From Kiritimatiellia bacterium (GTDB lineage Bacteria; Verrucomicrobiota; Kiritimatiellia; SLAD01), in contig SLAD01000341.1 of the NCBI GenBank assembly GCA_007126995.1, positions 1-30,447 of the forward strand: DNA of 30,447 bases, written 5' to 3'. The notes below the pieces were generated by a model. That model worked only from the letters and a program-made list of their open reading frames with translations, searched no databases and was not told where the DNA came from. Both the position numbers and the translations under genes were made by a program. Position 1 is the first letter of the stretch. Each line of letters starts with the position of its first letter. Of the stretch, positions 19,657-28,667 are shown piece after piece.

Positions 19657-20667
19657 ATGAGCAAGCGGCCCGTCAGGATCGGCATTACGCTCGGCGACAT
19701 TAACGGCGTCGGGCCCGAAGTGGCTTTGCAGGCCGCGCTCGCCGACTGGCCGCGCCGCGTCCGCCTCGTATTGATCGGCGATCGGCAGCACATCGCCACA
19801 CTTTTCCGCAAGGCGCGACGGGCGGTACCCGCTGAATGGTCACCATCGCAAGACGATGGGCCCTCCGCCGCAATCAGCGCATGGGATCCGTCGCCGCGTT
19901 CGCGCTCACTCAAGCATCAACCAGGCAGGTGTTCGGCGTCGGCGGCGCGGCGAGCTCATGATTGGATCATCAACGCCGCTCAAGCCGCCCTGCGTGGCGA
20001 GCTGGATGGCATTGTCACGGCACCGATCAACAAGGAGGGCTTTGACAAGGCCGGTCTCGATGTGCCGGGCCACACCGAATTGCTGGCGGGCTGTGCGGGC
20101 GTGGATCACGTCGACATGATGCTGCTGGCCGGTCAATTTCGCGTCGTGCTGGCGACGCGTCATCTTCCGCTGCGACAGGTGGCTCGTCGTCTCACCATTC
20201 CCGGCTTGGTGCGTACTATCGACACAACGCTGCAAGGCCTGGAGTGGCTGGGTTCACGTCAGCGCCGTGTGGCGGTGTGCGGACTGAATCCACATGCCGG
20301 TGACGGGGGTGCACTGGGAACGGAAGAATCGACTGTGATCCTACCCGCGATGCAGCGGGCACGCGTTGGCGACGCGCGACTGGTCGGCCCGGTGCCCGCC
20401 GATACGGTTTTTCATCAAGTCCTGCAACGGGCGTATGACGCGGTGATCGCGATGTATCATGATCAGGGCTTGGCGCCTTTCAAAATGATAGCCTTTGAGC
20501 GCGGCGTGAACCTGACGCTGGGGCTGCCCTTTGTTCGCACCTCCCCGGATCACGGCACGGCTTATGATTTGGCCGGCACCGGAACGGCGAATCCGCGCAG
20601 CATGATCGAAGCCGTGAAACTGGCGGTACGGCTGGCGCAGCGTCCCAACCCTTGGGCGCAAGAATGA
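19657..20667 (+). CDS. pdxA: 4-hydroxythreonine-4-phosphate dehydrogenase
   Basis: 336 aa with TLGDINGVGPE, TAPINK, PGHTE, GLNPHAG, GPVPADT, AMYHDQG and RTSPDHGTA. Confidence 0.95.
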   Translation: MSKRPVRIGITLGDINGVGPEVALQAALADWPRRVRLVLIGDRQHIATLFRKARRAVPAEWSPSQDDGPSAAISAWDPSPRSRSLKHQPGRCSASAARRAHDWIINAAQAALRGELDGIVTAPINKEGFDKAGLDVPGHTELLAGCAGVDHVDMMLLAGQFRVVLATRHLPLRQVARRLTIPGLVRTIDTTLQGLEWLGSRQRRVAVCGLNPHAGDGGALGTEESTVILPAMQRARVGDARLVGPVPADTVFHQVLQRAYDAVIAMYHDQGLAPFKMIAFERGVNLTLGLPFVRTSPDHGTAYDLAGTGTANPRSMIEAVKLAVRLAQRPNPWAQE

Positions 20668-21518
20668 AGCGCACGCGCCCGTCCGAGATCAAGTCTTTGC
20701 TGGCTGAACGCGATATTCAGCCGAGCCGCGTACTGGGCCAAAACTTCCTGATCGACCACAACATCCTCGAAATCATTCTCGATTCGGCGCACTTGGCGAC
20801 GGACGACACGGTGCTCGAGATCGGTCCCGGGCTTGGCGTCTTGACCGAGCATCTCGTGAAGCGCGCGCATCGCGTGATCGCGATTGAAAAGGATCCGCGC
20901 TTGGCGGCGTATTTGCGGGAAGCGTTCGCGGATCGACCAAACCTGTCGTTGATCGAAGGTGACGCCTTGGCCCAGGATTTGCCCAAACTGCTGGCGGACG
21001 AAGCCATCTCTCACGTGGTTTCCAATCTGCCCTACTCTTCCGGCACGCGCATGTTGATCGACATGATTCATGCCGATGCGCGCCCGTTGCGGCTGGTGGT
21101 GATGCTGCAGCTCGATGTTGCGGAGCGTCTGACGGCTATCCCGGGATCGAAAGCGTATGGGCTGGTCAGCATCTTGGCGCAGACGTACTACGACATCCTG
21201 ATCCGCAAAACGGTCAGCGCCACCTGCTTCTATCCGCCGCCTGATGTACGATCCGCGCTGGTGGAATTCTTTCGCCTGCCGAAAACGCGTGTTGAATTGC
21301 GCAACCCGCAACATTGGCAGGCGCTGACTAAGTGGTGTTTTTCACAGCGCCGCAAACAGATGCACACGATTTTGCAGCGTGCGCCGAAGGATGTCGTATC
21401 ACAACCCGGATCCGTCGCTGAAGTCTTGCACGGCATCGGCATCGCGCCCGATCAGCGACCCGAATCGATCGCGGTTGAAAAATGGGGCGAACTCAGCAAC
21501 CGCTTGTGCGGCGATTAG
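20664..21518 (+). CDS. rsmA: 16S rRNA (A1518/A1519) dimethyltransferase
   Basis: ATG 20664 by ATGA overlap (284 aa). LGQNFLID, EIGPGLG, VVSNLPY and FYPPPDVRSA. Confidence 0.96.
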   Translation: MKRTRPSEIKSLLAERDIQPSRVLGQNFLIDHNILEIILDSAHLATDDTVLEIGPGLGVLTEHLVKRAHRVIAIEKDPRLAAYLREAFADRPNLSLIEGDALAQDLPKLLADEAISHVVSNLPYSSGTRMLIDMIHADARPLRLVVMLQLDVAERLTAIPGSKAYGLVSILAQTYYDILIRKTVSATCFYPPPDVRSALVEFFRLPKTRVELRNPQHWQALTKWCFSQRRKQMHTILQRAPKDVVSQPGSVAEVLHGIGIAPDQRPESIAVEKWGELSNRLCGD

Positions 21519-22945
21519 CGCAAACCGATCAATGGCCAGTAGAGCCAAGCCACCAGCGCGAACGCACCGAGGCTGAGAAAATTCATCAAGGTTCCGTAGG
21601 TGAAGAATTCACGCTGCGTCATGAAGCCGGAACTGTAGGCAATCGCGGTCGCCGGCGTGCCCATCGGCATGATGTAGGACAGGCCGGACGGGAGCGCGAT
21701 GGCCAGCGTGATCACTTCCGGCGCGATCCCGTAGCGATTCGCCAAGCCCAAACCGATCGGCATCATCACAGAAACCACCGCCACATTGCTAATAAACTCG
21801 GTCAGCGTGAGCGAGAGAAGCCCGATAATCAGAATCAGCTGCAGGGGCGTAAACTCGTATCGGCCTAACGTGCGCTCCACCATCCACTCCGAGGCGCCCG
21901 ACGTGTGCAGGGCCGAGCCCAACGCAATCGCGCCACCGTACATCAGGATGATGCCCCAGTTGACGTTCGTTTCAATGTCGGCCCACAAGACCAGCCGGAA
22001 GATAAAGAGCAACGCCACCGCCAGCAGCGCAATCGGGGCCAAGCCGAAGAAGGTGTGGAAGCAAACCCAGGACACGATCGTCAGCAGCGCAATCGCCCCG
22101 ATCTTCCATTCGCGGGGGGAGACCGGCCCCAGCTTTTCCCTTTCCGTGAACAGTTGATCGCGCGCCTTTTGCAGATCAACCGGCTCAGCCGGGAAGAACC
22201 ATTTCAAAATCAGCCATGCCATCACCAGCATGGTGATGACAATCGGCAAGGACGCCGACAGCAGGCGCAAAAAGCTGATTTGAACTCCGCGTTCCGCATA
22301 GAGAATACCAGCCGCCAACGGATTACGCGCGCCACCGAGATAGGTGGCAATACCACCGATGATACAGCCCCATGCCAAGGCGAAAAAGAAAGACATGCCA
22401 AAGCGACTTTGGCGGGGCTTGAATCCGAACGCCGTCACCAGCCCCATGACCACCGGGAACAACATGGCGGCCACCGCGTGCTCACTCATCCAAAAACTGG
22501 CGAACGCCGAAATCAACAGAATCGCGGTCCGCATGTGGGTGGCCGAGGCGGAAAACTTGCTGAGCGTCAGGCAGGTCAGTCGCAGGGACAGCCCGCAATC
22601 GATTAACGCCGCCGAGAGAATAAACGCGCCGAGAATGAAGAATACGGCCGGATTGCCGAACAGGGCAAATGCCGAAGCGCTCGACATGATGTTGAGCATC
22701 GGCAACAGGATGATGGCCAGAATGGACGTGATTTGGAGCGGAATTACGCCGGTCACCCAGAGGGTGGCGCACAACACGAACACGCCCAGCGTGCGCTGGC
22801 CAGCGACATCGAGTCCTTCCAGCGACAAACCGAAAGCGACCCAGCTTGCTGCGGCCAAGGCAGTGAGAATCACCGCATAGTGATAACGCGCGAGCAAGGG
22901 GCCGGTGGTGCCATGGGCGCCTTTCGGTTCCCAGATTTTGACCAT
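21515..22945 (-). CDS. SLC13/DASS-family divalent anion:sodium symporter
   Basis: Likely ATG 22945 (476 aa). Multiple hydrophobic segments; WMSEHA, GGIATYLGGARN, TEFISNVA and PMGTPAT hairpin motifs. Confidence 0.88.
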   Translation of the reverse strand: MVKIWEPKGAHGTTGPLLARYHYAVILTALAAASWVAFGLSLEGLDVAGQRTLGVFVLCATLWVTGVIPLQITSILAIILLPMLNIMSSASAFALFGNPAVFFILGAFILSAALIDCGLSLRLTCLTLSKFSASATHMRTAILLISAFASFWMSEHAVAAMLFPVVMGLVTAFGFKPRQSRFGMSFFFALAWGCIIGGIATYLGGARNPLAAGILYAERGVQISFLRLLSASLPIVITMLVMAWLILKWFFPAEPVDLQKARDQLFTEREKLGPVSPREWKIGAIALLTIVSWVCFHTFFGLAPIALLAVALLFIFRLVLWADIETNVNWGIILMYGGAIALGSALHTSGASEWMVERTLGRYEFTPLQLILIIGLLSLTLTEFISNVAVVSVMMPIGLGLANRYGIAPEVITLAIALPSGLSYIMPMGTPATAIAYSSGFMTQREFFTYGTLMNFLSLGAFALVAWLYWPLIGLR

Positions 22946-23062
22946 TTGCGATTTTCGCTCTTGTCCCGTCGCCTGCATAACGGCGCACAGCTTCCCGATT
23001 CTGGGTGTGGAAGTCAATCAGCGAGGGGCGAGGAAGTGTAGCTTCGGGACGCAACGGCAGGC

Positions 23063-23833
23063 TCAGGGCAAACGCAAGGTTGGTTCCGGCTCTTCGTCCT
23101 CTGAGTCGTCCGCGAGGATGGCGGATAGATCCGCATGGCGCGGGAACAGCGGGGTAATGAAGGCGTAAATGAAACAGGACACCAGGATGGTTAATGCGGC
23201 CGCGACGGCCACCTGCATTTGGAGGAACAGGAAGGTGACGATCAGAATGCAGGGAATGAATCCAATCAAGGCCTTGGTGGGCTTGGGATAGCGAATGTTC
23301 GACACTTGCAGGATCAAAAAGAGAATGGTGCAGGTCCAGACAACTGCCGCCATCGGCCCCTCATGCAGGGAGAGTTGCTCGTTGTGAAACATGCCGGACT
23401 CGGAAACGAAGATGAACATGGATAACCAGCACGCATTGAGCGTGATGGGCAGCCCTTGAAACCCGCGTTGGCCGCGGAAGGGATCCTTGATGCGGAAACG
23501 CGAGAGCCGCATGACACCCGAAATCACGATCGCGCAGGCCAAGAGGAAGCCCGGCCAACCGAACGACTTGAGCACCGCCTCGTAAACCAACATCGCGGGC
23601 GCGATGCCGAAACTCGTCATATCCACGTAGGTATCCAGCTCGGCGCCGAACTTGCTCGTGCCGCGCACCAAACGAGCGACATTACCGTCAAACCCGTCCA
23701 GCAGCATGGAGAGCATGATCATCTGGGCGGCGATCAAGAACTCGCCCTGCGCCGTCATCAGCAGGCTATAAAAGCCCGCCATCATCGCCGCCACGGTAAA
23801 GAGCGTAGGCAGCACGTACCTCCAAGAAATCAT
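23063..23833 (-). CDS. pssA: CDP-diacylglycerol--serine O-phosphatidyltransferase (CDP-alcohol phosphotransferase type)
   Basis: 256 aa with the LDGFDGNVAR...GAELDTYVD signature and RLSRF. Directly downstream of psd. Confidence 0.9.
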   Translation of the reverse strand: MISWRYVLPTLFTVAAMMAGFYSLLMTAQGEFLIAAQMIMLSMLLDGFDGNVARLVRGTSKFGAELDTYVDMTSFGIAPAMLVYEAVLKSFGWPGFLLACAIVISGVMRLSRFRIKDPFRGQRGFQGLPITLNACWLSMFIFVSESGMFHNEQLSLHEGPMAAVVWTCTILFLILQVSNIRYPKPTKALIGFIPCILIVTFLFLQMQVAVAAALTILVSCFIYAFITPLFPRHADLSAILADDSEDEEPEPTLRLP

Positions 23834-23834
23834 T

Positions 23835-24494
23835 TCATCCCTTTCGAAGTCGTGCGATTTCGGTAATCCCCGCCATCACACGATCTCCTTTTTTCACGGT
23901 GACCTCGACATCGGCGGTCGGCAAATATACGTCCATGCGTGAGCCAAACTTCATCATGCCGATCCGGTCACCCTTACTCAAATTCTGTTCTTTCTCCAAC
24001 CAATAAACCACGCGCCGCACGACCGGGCCAACGATCTGACGCACCAAACAACGTGTTTGGTCCCCTTCGATCAGGATCGAGCTGTGCTCATTATGCTCAG
24101 ACGACGCGTTGCTAATCGTTAACAGGTGCTTGCCAGGTGTGTACGCCAAATCCCTCACCACGCCGGCGATCGGGGCTCGATTCACGTGCACGTCAAACGG
24201 ATTTAGGAACACACTCACACGTAACGTATCGGTATTCAAGTAGTTAGGCTCATTTATCGGTTCAATCGCGCGAACTACACCATCGGCGCCCGAGACAATA
24301 ATGGACGGATCGGCTGGGGCTTCCCGTTCCGGATCCCGGAAGAAATAGACAAAGAAGGCTACCGCCACCAACCCCAGCAGCGACGCCAAGAGGGCAAGGC
24401 GATTGAGCGACAGCACCATGAACAGGGCTGCGACTGCGATACCGATGATGGCGGAACCGAAAATTAAACTATGACCGTCCTTGACTATGCGCAT
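23835..24494 (-). CDS. psd: Phosphatidylserine decarboxylase proenzyme (short Psd-A type)
   Basis: 219 aa with FFRDPER, SGADG, VHVNRAP and the self-cleavage motif FGSRMD. Confidence 0.93.
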   Translation of the reverse strand: MRIVKDGHSLIFGSAIIGIAVAALFMVLSLNRLALLASLLGLVAVAFFVYFFRDPEREAPADPSIIVSGADGVVRAIEPINEPNYLNTDTLRVSVFLNPFDVHVNRAPIAGVVRDLAYTPGKHLLTISNASSEHNEHSSILIEGDQTRCLVRQIVGPVVRRVVYWLEKEQNLSKGDRIGMMKFGSRMDVYLPTADVEVTVKKGDRVMAGITEIARLRKG

Positions 24495-24595
24495 CGCATG
24501 CTTACCTTTGAGGCCGCTTGACTAACTATTTGGCCCAATACTTCAATGGTGAGGGGGAGTCAAGAGGAACCGTTTGACCGAGGTGGTACTTCAGA

Positions 24596-24868
24596 ATGGC
24601 CCATATTATCACAGAACCCTGTTTGGGATGCAAGAACACGATTTGCGTGACCGTTTGCCCGGTCGACGCCTTCCGCGAAGACAAAGATTGCCTCTGGATT
24701 GATCCGGAAGCCTGCATTGATTGCGCGGCCTGCGTGCCGGAATGCCCTGTCGAAGCGATCTTCACGGACCGCAACGTGCCGGACAAATGGGCTCACTACA
24801 TCCAATTAAACGCCGAAAAATCACGCGATTTGCCGGTGATCACCGAGCAACAGGAGCCCCTGAGCTGA
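24596..24868 (+). CDS. 7Fe-type ferredoxin (FdxA-like)
   Basis: 90 aa with CLGCKNTICVTVCP and CIDCAACVPECP. Confidence 0.93.
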   Translation: MAHIITEPCLGCKNTICVTVCPVDAFREDKDCLWIDPEACIDCAACVPECPVEAIFTDRNVPDKWAHYIQLNAEKSRDLPVITEQQEPLS

Positions 24869-24891
24869 TTTGAACGAGGCGGAAAATCGAA

Positions 24892-24920
24892 TTGCGACTC
24901 CTCGTTAAATGGAATACGTT
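24892..24920 (+). promoter_or_regulatory. Putative promoter TTGCGA-17-TACGTT, leaderless
   Basis: -35 at 24892-24897 and -10 at 24915-24920, 6 nt before ATG 24927. Confidence 0.45.
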
Positions 24921-24926
24921 CCTGCG

Positions 24927-25007
24927 ATGAGCAAGTGGGCGAAACTGTTGGACCAAATTTTGCGAGGGACGGCAGATGCGAATGTTCCGGGCGGAGGGAA
25001 CTTATGA
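24927..25007 (+). pseudogene. hicA: Internally deleted HicA toxin remnant (26 aa)
   Basis: Translated by hand as MSKWAKLLDQILRGTADANVPGGGNL*. The first about 20 aa resemble the N-terminus of a common HicA subfamily. The core with the GSH motif is absent. The stop overlaps the hicB start (ATGA). Confidence 0.7.
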
Positions 25008-25219
25008 TGGATCGTTACGAAATCATCATTTATTGGAGCGCCGAAGACACGGCCTTCATCGCAGAAGTGCCTGAACTTCCCGGGTGCACGGCTCATGGCT
25101 CCAGTCAAGAGGAAGCACTTGCAAACGCCAAGGACGCTGTACGCCTCTGGCTGGATACGGCGAGGGAATTCGGAGACCCGATTCCCGCACCTAAAGGTCG
25201 CCGATTGATCTTTGCTTAG
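25004..25219 (+). CDS. hicB: HicB-family antitoxin (short form, no DNA-binding domain)
   Basis: Start at ATG 25004 or 25007 behind SD GGAGGG (about 71 aa). YEIIIYWS, FIAEVPELPGC, HGSSQEEALANA and GDPIPAPKG. Confidence 0.9.
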   Translation: MMDRYEIIIYWSAEDTAFIAEVPELPGCTAHGSSQEEALANAKDAVRLWLDTAREFGDPIPAPKGRRLIFA

Positions 25220-25237
25220 CCGACGCGGAGGTGGGCG

Positions 25238-26032
25238 GTGAAGAAAACGGGCAGGGTATTTCGAAATAATCTCGTGGTTGGACTGGTGCTGGTGGCGCCA
25301 CTGTTCATCACGGCGTATATCGTCTACTTCCTGACCCGGATCATTTCCCAAAACTGGCTCACCAAGCTCCTGACAGATTATACCTTTAGCCTGCTCCCCC
25401 AAGCCTTGAAGGATGGCACGGTTCGCTTTGTCTTGAGCCAGATCATTGCCATTCTGCTGCTCGTGCTGGCGCTGTTTCTGATCGGATTCTTCGTACGCAG
25501 CTTTTTTGGCCGCCGCCTGTATGGCCTTGCCGAGCGGATACTGATCTCGATCCCGGTCATCAACAAGATTTACATCCAGGTGCGGCACGTCAGCGAAACG
25601 ATCTTTTCGCAGCGCGAAACGATGTTTCAGGAGGTGGTACTGGTGGAATACCCGCGCAAAGGGGTCCGCTCAGTAGCCTTTGTGACCTCGTCGGTGCCCA
25701 AGGGTTTTCTACATCACTTTCCTAGCAAACCGGATCACCCCGAGGGCCTCGTCGCCTTGTTTGTGCCAACTACTCCCAACCCGACTTCGGGCATGATGAT
25801 CTTTGTGCCGCGTAGCGATGTGATCGTCCTGCCGATCAGCATTGCCGAGGCCATGAAGTTGGTGGTTTCCGCCGGCGCGGTGTATCCGGGGGATGATTCG
25901 ATAGATGATCGCCCCACCCTGCTCGACAAACTTGAGCAGTGGATCACGCGCGAGACCGATCTGGCACCGGTAAGCTTGCCGGAAAAAGACACCGAAAAGC
26001 CGGCTCGCAAAGGCCGCCGCAAGGCCGAATGA
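25238..26032 (+). CDS. DUF502-family membrane protein
   Basis: 264 aa. Two N-terminal TM segments, IPVINKIY, VLVEYPRKG and FVPTTPNPTSG. Confidence 0.9.
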   Translation: MKKTGRVFRNNLVVGLVLVAPLFITAYIVYFLTRIISQNWLTKLLTDYTFSLLPQALKDGTVRFVLSQIIAILLLVLALFLIGFFVRSFFGRRLYGLAERILISIPVINKIYIQVRHVSETIFSQRETMFQEVVLVEYPRKGVRSVAFVTSSVPKGFLHHFPSKPDHPEGLVALFVPTTPNPTSGMMIFVPRSDVIVLPISIAEAMKLVVSAGAVYPGDDSIDDRPTLLDKLEQWITRETDLAPVSLPEKDTEKPARKGRRKAE

Positions 26033-26793
26033 TCGAGAAGACACAGGCGATCACGCTACGCTACGCGCCGAGCGGCAACACCTCGCGCGTTGTGACCTGG
26101 CTGACGCCCGACCACGGCCGGGTGAGCACGTTAATCAAGGGGGCACTGCGGCCCAAGAGCGCCTTTCTGGGGCAGTACGACCTCTTTTATACGTGTGAAT
26201 TGCTCTACTACTCCCGTCAGCGCAATGACTTACACTTTGCAAAGGAATGCAGCCCGGTGAAACTCCGGGCAGCGCTGCGCCATGATTGGCGGGCCTGTGC
26301 TGCAGCGTCCTACCTGACCGATCTCGCCTTGCGCGCTGGACCCGCGCGGGCGCCACAGCGGTTCTTGTTTCACTGGCTGGATAACGCCCTCGACGCCCTA
26401 CCCGGCACCGGCGCTCAGTTACAAAGCGTGGTCTTCTGGCATGAGTTGAAGTTGCTAAACGAGCTGGGCTTAGCGCCCCGCCTGACGAGCTGCTTACAGT
26501 GTCATCGCGATCTAGCGCCGGGCTCCGCAGCGCGCTTTTCCCATGAACGCGGCGGCCTGCTATGTCCCGCTTGCGCGCAACAGGATCACCGCCCAGCCTC
26601 ACCCATCCCGCCGGATGCCCTCGCCATTCTGCGGCGCTGGCAACGGGCACCGGCGCTCGCGGAGGTCCAACGTACCCGCTGCACTCCACAACAGTTGGTG
26701 GTGCTGGACCGCATGCTGGGCGAATTTATGCGCTATCATCTGGACTTGGCGCTCACCAGCCGCGACTTGGCGCTGGGCATGATCAAGCGTTGA
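26029..26793 (+). CDS. recO: DNA repair protein RecO
   Basis: ATG 26029 by ATGA overlap (254 aa). OB-fold start TSRVVTWLTPDHGRV...KGA; zinc finger CLQC...CPAC. Confidence 0.9.
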   Translation: MIEKTQAITLRYAPSGNTSRVVTWLTPDHGRVSTLIKGALRPKSAFLGQYDLFYTCELLYYSRQRNDLHFAKECSPVKLRAALRHDWRACAAASYLTDLALRAGPARAPQRFLFHWLDNALDALPGTGAQLQSVVFWHELKLLNELGLAPRLTSCLQCHRDLAPGSAARFSHERGGLLCPACAQQDHRPASPIPPDALAILRRWQRAPALAEVQRTRCTPQQLVVLDRMLGEFMRYHLDLALTSRDLALGMIKR

Positions 26794-26804
26794 CGCCCTC
26801 CCGA

Positions 26805-27767
26805 TCAGGACCGGAAATGCTCGAATCCGGCGGCGGTCCACTGCTGTCGCTGACCGGACTTGTCCTCCAACAGGAGTTGCCCGGGGCCGGCTAGGATTTC
26901 ACCGATCCGGGTCAGTCGCAGGCGGAAGGCTTTGCGCCAGGCGTCCTCCAGTGCCGTTGCCCGCTCGGGCGATACGGTGAACACCAACTCGAAATCCTCG
27001 CCATCGGTAAGCGCGTGCAGCAGGGGTGACTTACCGTCCTCGAGTCGGCGTGCAGCGGGCGCAATCGGGATCGCGCGCTCCTGCAACAGCGCGCTGGCGC
27101 CACTGCGTTTGAGCAGGCGCGGTAAGTCCGTCGCCAGACCATCGCTGATATCCATCATCGCCGTCACTCCGCCCTGCTTCCGCAGCCAGAGCCCCTCCCG
27201 GATGCGCGGCTCAAAGGCAAAATGCCGCCCCAGTGCGCTACCGCCCAACTGTCCGGTAACATATAGGATATCGCCCGGGTGCGCGCCGTCCCGACGAATG
27301 GATGATCCGGCGGGCGACTGCCCAATGGCGAATACGTGCAGCGCCAATTCCGGCCCTTTCCCCAAGTCGCCGCCCACAATCGTGGCCCCGTACTTGCGCG
27401 TAAGTTGTCGCGCGCCACGGTAAATAGATTTCAACTGGTCCAGCGCCAGCTCCCCCGGCGCCGTGATGTTGACCAATACCCATTTCGGCTGACCGCCCAT
27501 CGCCGCAATGTCACTGAGCGCGCGACCCACCGCCTTTCGCCCTATCAGGCGGGGCTCCGCTTCCGACAGGAAATGGATCCCTTCCACGATGGGGTCGGAC
27601 GTGAGCTGCCACTCCTTGCCGTCGCCCATCTCGACCACGGCACAATCGTCGCCCGGCCCCAAGGCAGGAGCGCCGTCATCGCCCAACACCTTCACCAGCG
27701 CGGCAATGGCGGCATCTTCGCCAACGGCGGAGAGGGTGCGCGCAGTTGTATGTTTGGCCTTCTTCAT
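26805..27767 (-). CDS. thiL: Thiamine-monophosphate kinase
   Basis: 320 aa with GDDCA, EGIHF, LSDIAAMGG, GGDL, MDISDGL and GEDFELVFT. Confidence 0.95.
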   Translation of the reverse strand: MKKAKHTTARTLSAVGEDAAIAALVKVLGDDGAPALGPGDDCAVVEMGDGKEWQLTSDPIVEGIHFLSEAEPRLIGRKAVGRALSDIAAMGGQPKWVLVNITAPGELALDQLKSIYRGARQLTRKYGATIVGGDLGKGPELALHVFAIGQSPAGSSIRRDGAHPGDILYVTGQLGGSALGRHFAFEPRIREGLWLRKQGGVTAMMDISDGLATDLPRLLKRSGASALLQERAIPIAPAARRLEDGKSPLLHALTDGEDFELVFTVSPERATALEDAWRKAFRLRLTRIGEILAGPGQLLLEDKSGQRQQWTAAGFEHFRS

Positions 27768-27768
27768 C

Positions 27769-28665
27769 TTAGAGCCCGGCTTGCATGGTGATGGTCATGG
27801 CCGTCAGGGAAACCGCATTAAAGACCATATGCATCACGATCGGTACAATGACGGATTGGGTATAAATATAGGCGACGGACAAGGCAATCGACAGCATAAA
27901 CAGCGGCACCAGTCCGGGCACGTGCATGTGCATCAACGCGAAGAGGACGGACGACACCACGATAGCGGTACCGATTCCGAAGCGGCGGCTCAGCGCCGGC
28001 AACAGCACACCGCGGAAGAGCAGCTCCTCCGCAACTGGCGCCAGCACGAGCGCGAGGAAGACAAAATAGATGCGTACGCCCCCGGCGGGCAGCTCCGCAT
28101 AAATCCGCATCGCGTCCTGCAGTTCCGGCTCATAACCCCGCGCTTGCAGCCAAAGCTGGTACAAGGCGGCATAGAGCAGGATGAACGGCATCGCTGCCAG
28201 ATAGGCCATCAGGCCGCGACCGATGTCCTGATGCCAGCGCCATTCGCGATAAAAGAAACCCGGAATCCAACGAATACCACATTTCCCCATCACCCAAATG
28301 ATAATGAATACCGCAGCCCAATGCGTGAAGACGCTCTGCCAAACGATCGCGCGGCCGGGATGGTCCGCCATACGCCACCAACCGAGATAGTCCATTAGGT
28401 GGGCCAGCCACCAACTAAACAGCGCCATCACCATGATCGCGAGCAGGACCCGGGCGGCCTCGCCTAAGCTCCACGGACGCCACGCAAAGCGCAGCGCTGC
28501 CTGTCGCCAATGCGCCAGGTGGCGGGAAAGATTGGAGAGCAGCAGGACGTTCACGAGCAGTCCGCCGAAGAAGATCAGGGCATAGCCGATCAGTAACGCC
28601 CGCACCAAGGGGGCGTCGGCCAGCTCCAGCGGCAGGTCAGCCCTCTGCATGGCCAGCGGCAACAC
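27769..28665 (-). CDS. CPBP (Abi/CAAX) family intramembrane metalloprotease
   Basis: Polytopic membrane protein with PVAEELLFRG, FALMH and HMVFN. Start is GTG 28665 or ATG 28650. Confidence 0.9.
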   Translation of the reverse strand: MLPLAMQRADLPLELADAPLVRALLIGYALIFFGGLLVNVLLLSNLSRHLAHWRQAALRFAWRPWSLGEAARVLLAIMVMALFSWWLAHLMDYLGWWRMADHPGRAIVWQSVFTHWAAVFIIIWVMGKCGIRWIPGFFYREWRWHQDIGRGLMAYLAAMPFILLYAALYQLWLQARGYEPELQDAMRIYAELPAGGVRIYFVFLALVLAPVAEELLFRGVLLPALSRRFGIGTAIVVSSVLFALMHMHVPGLVPLFMLSIALSVAYIYTQSVIVPIVMHMVFNAVSLTAMTITMQAGL

Positions 28666-28667
28666 GA

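Noticed and set aside
21515-21518. 4-nt convergent stop overlap of rsmA and the DASS gene
   Set aside because: This is a common arrangement in compact genomes, with no further structure seen.
24518-24563. Inverted TTGACT...AGTCAA between psd and the ferredoxin gene as divergent promoters or an operator
   Set aside because: No good -10 element at canonical spacing on either strand, so there is too little support to call.
26805-27800. TPP riboswitch upstream of thiL
   Set aside because: thiL starts 1 bp after the CPBP stop, leaving no leader, and no aptamer-like sequence was seen.
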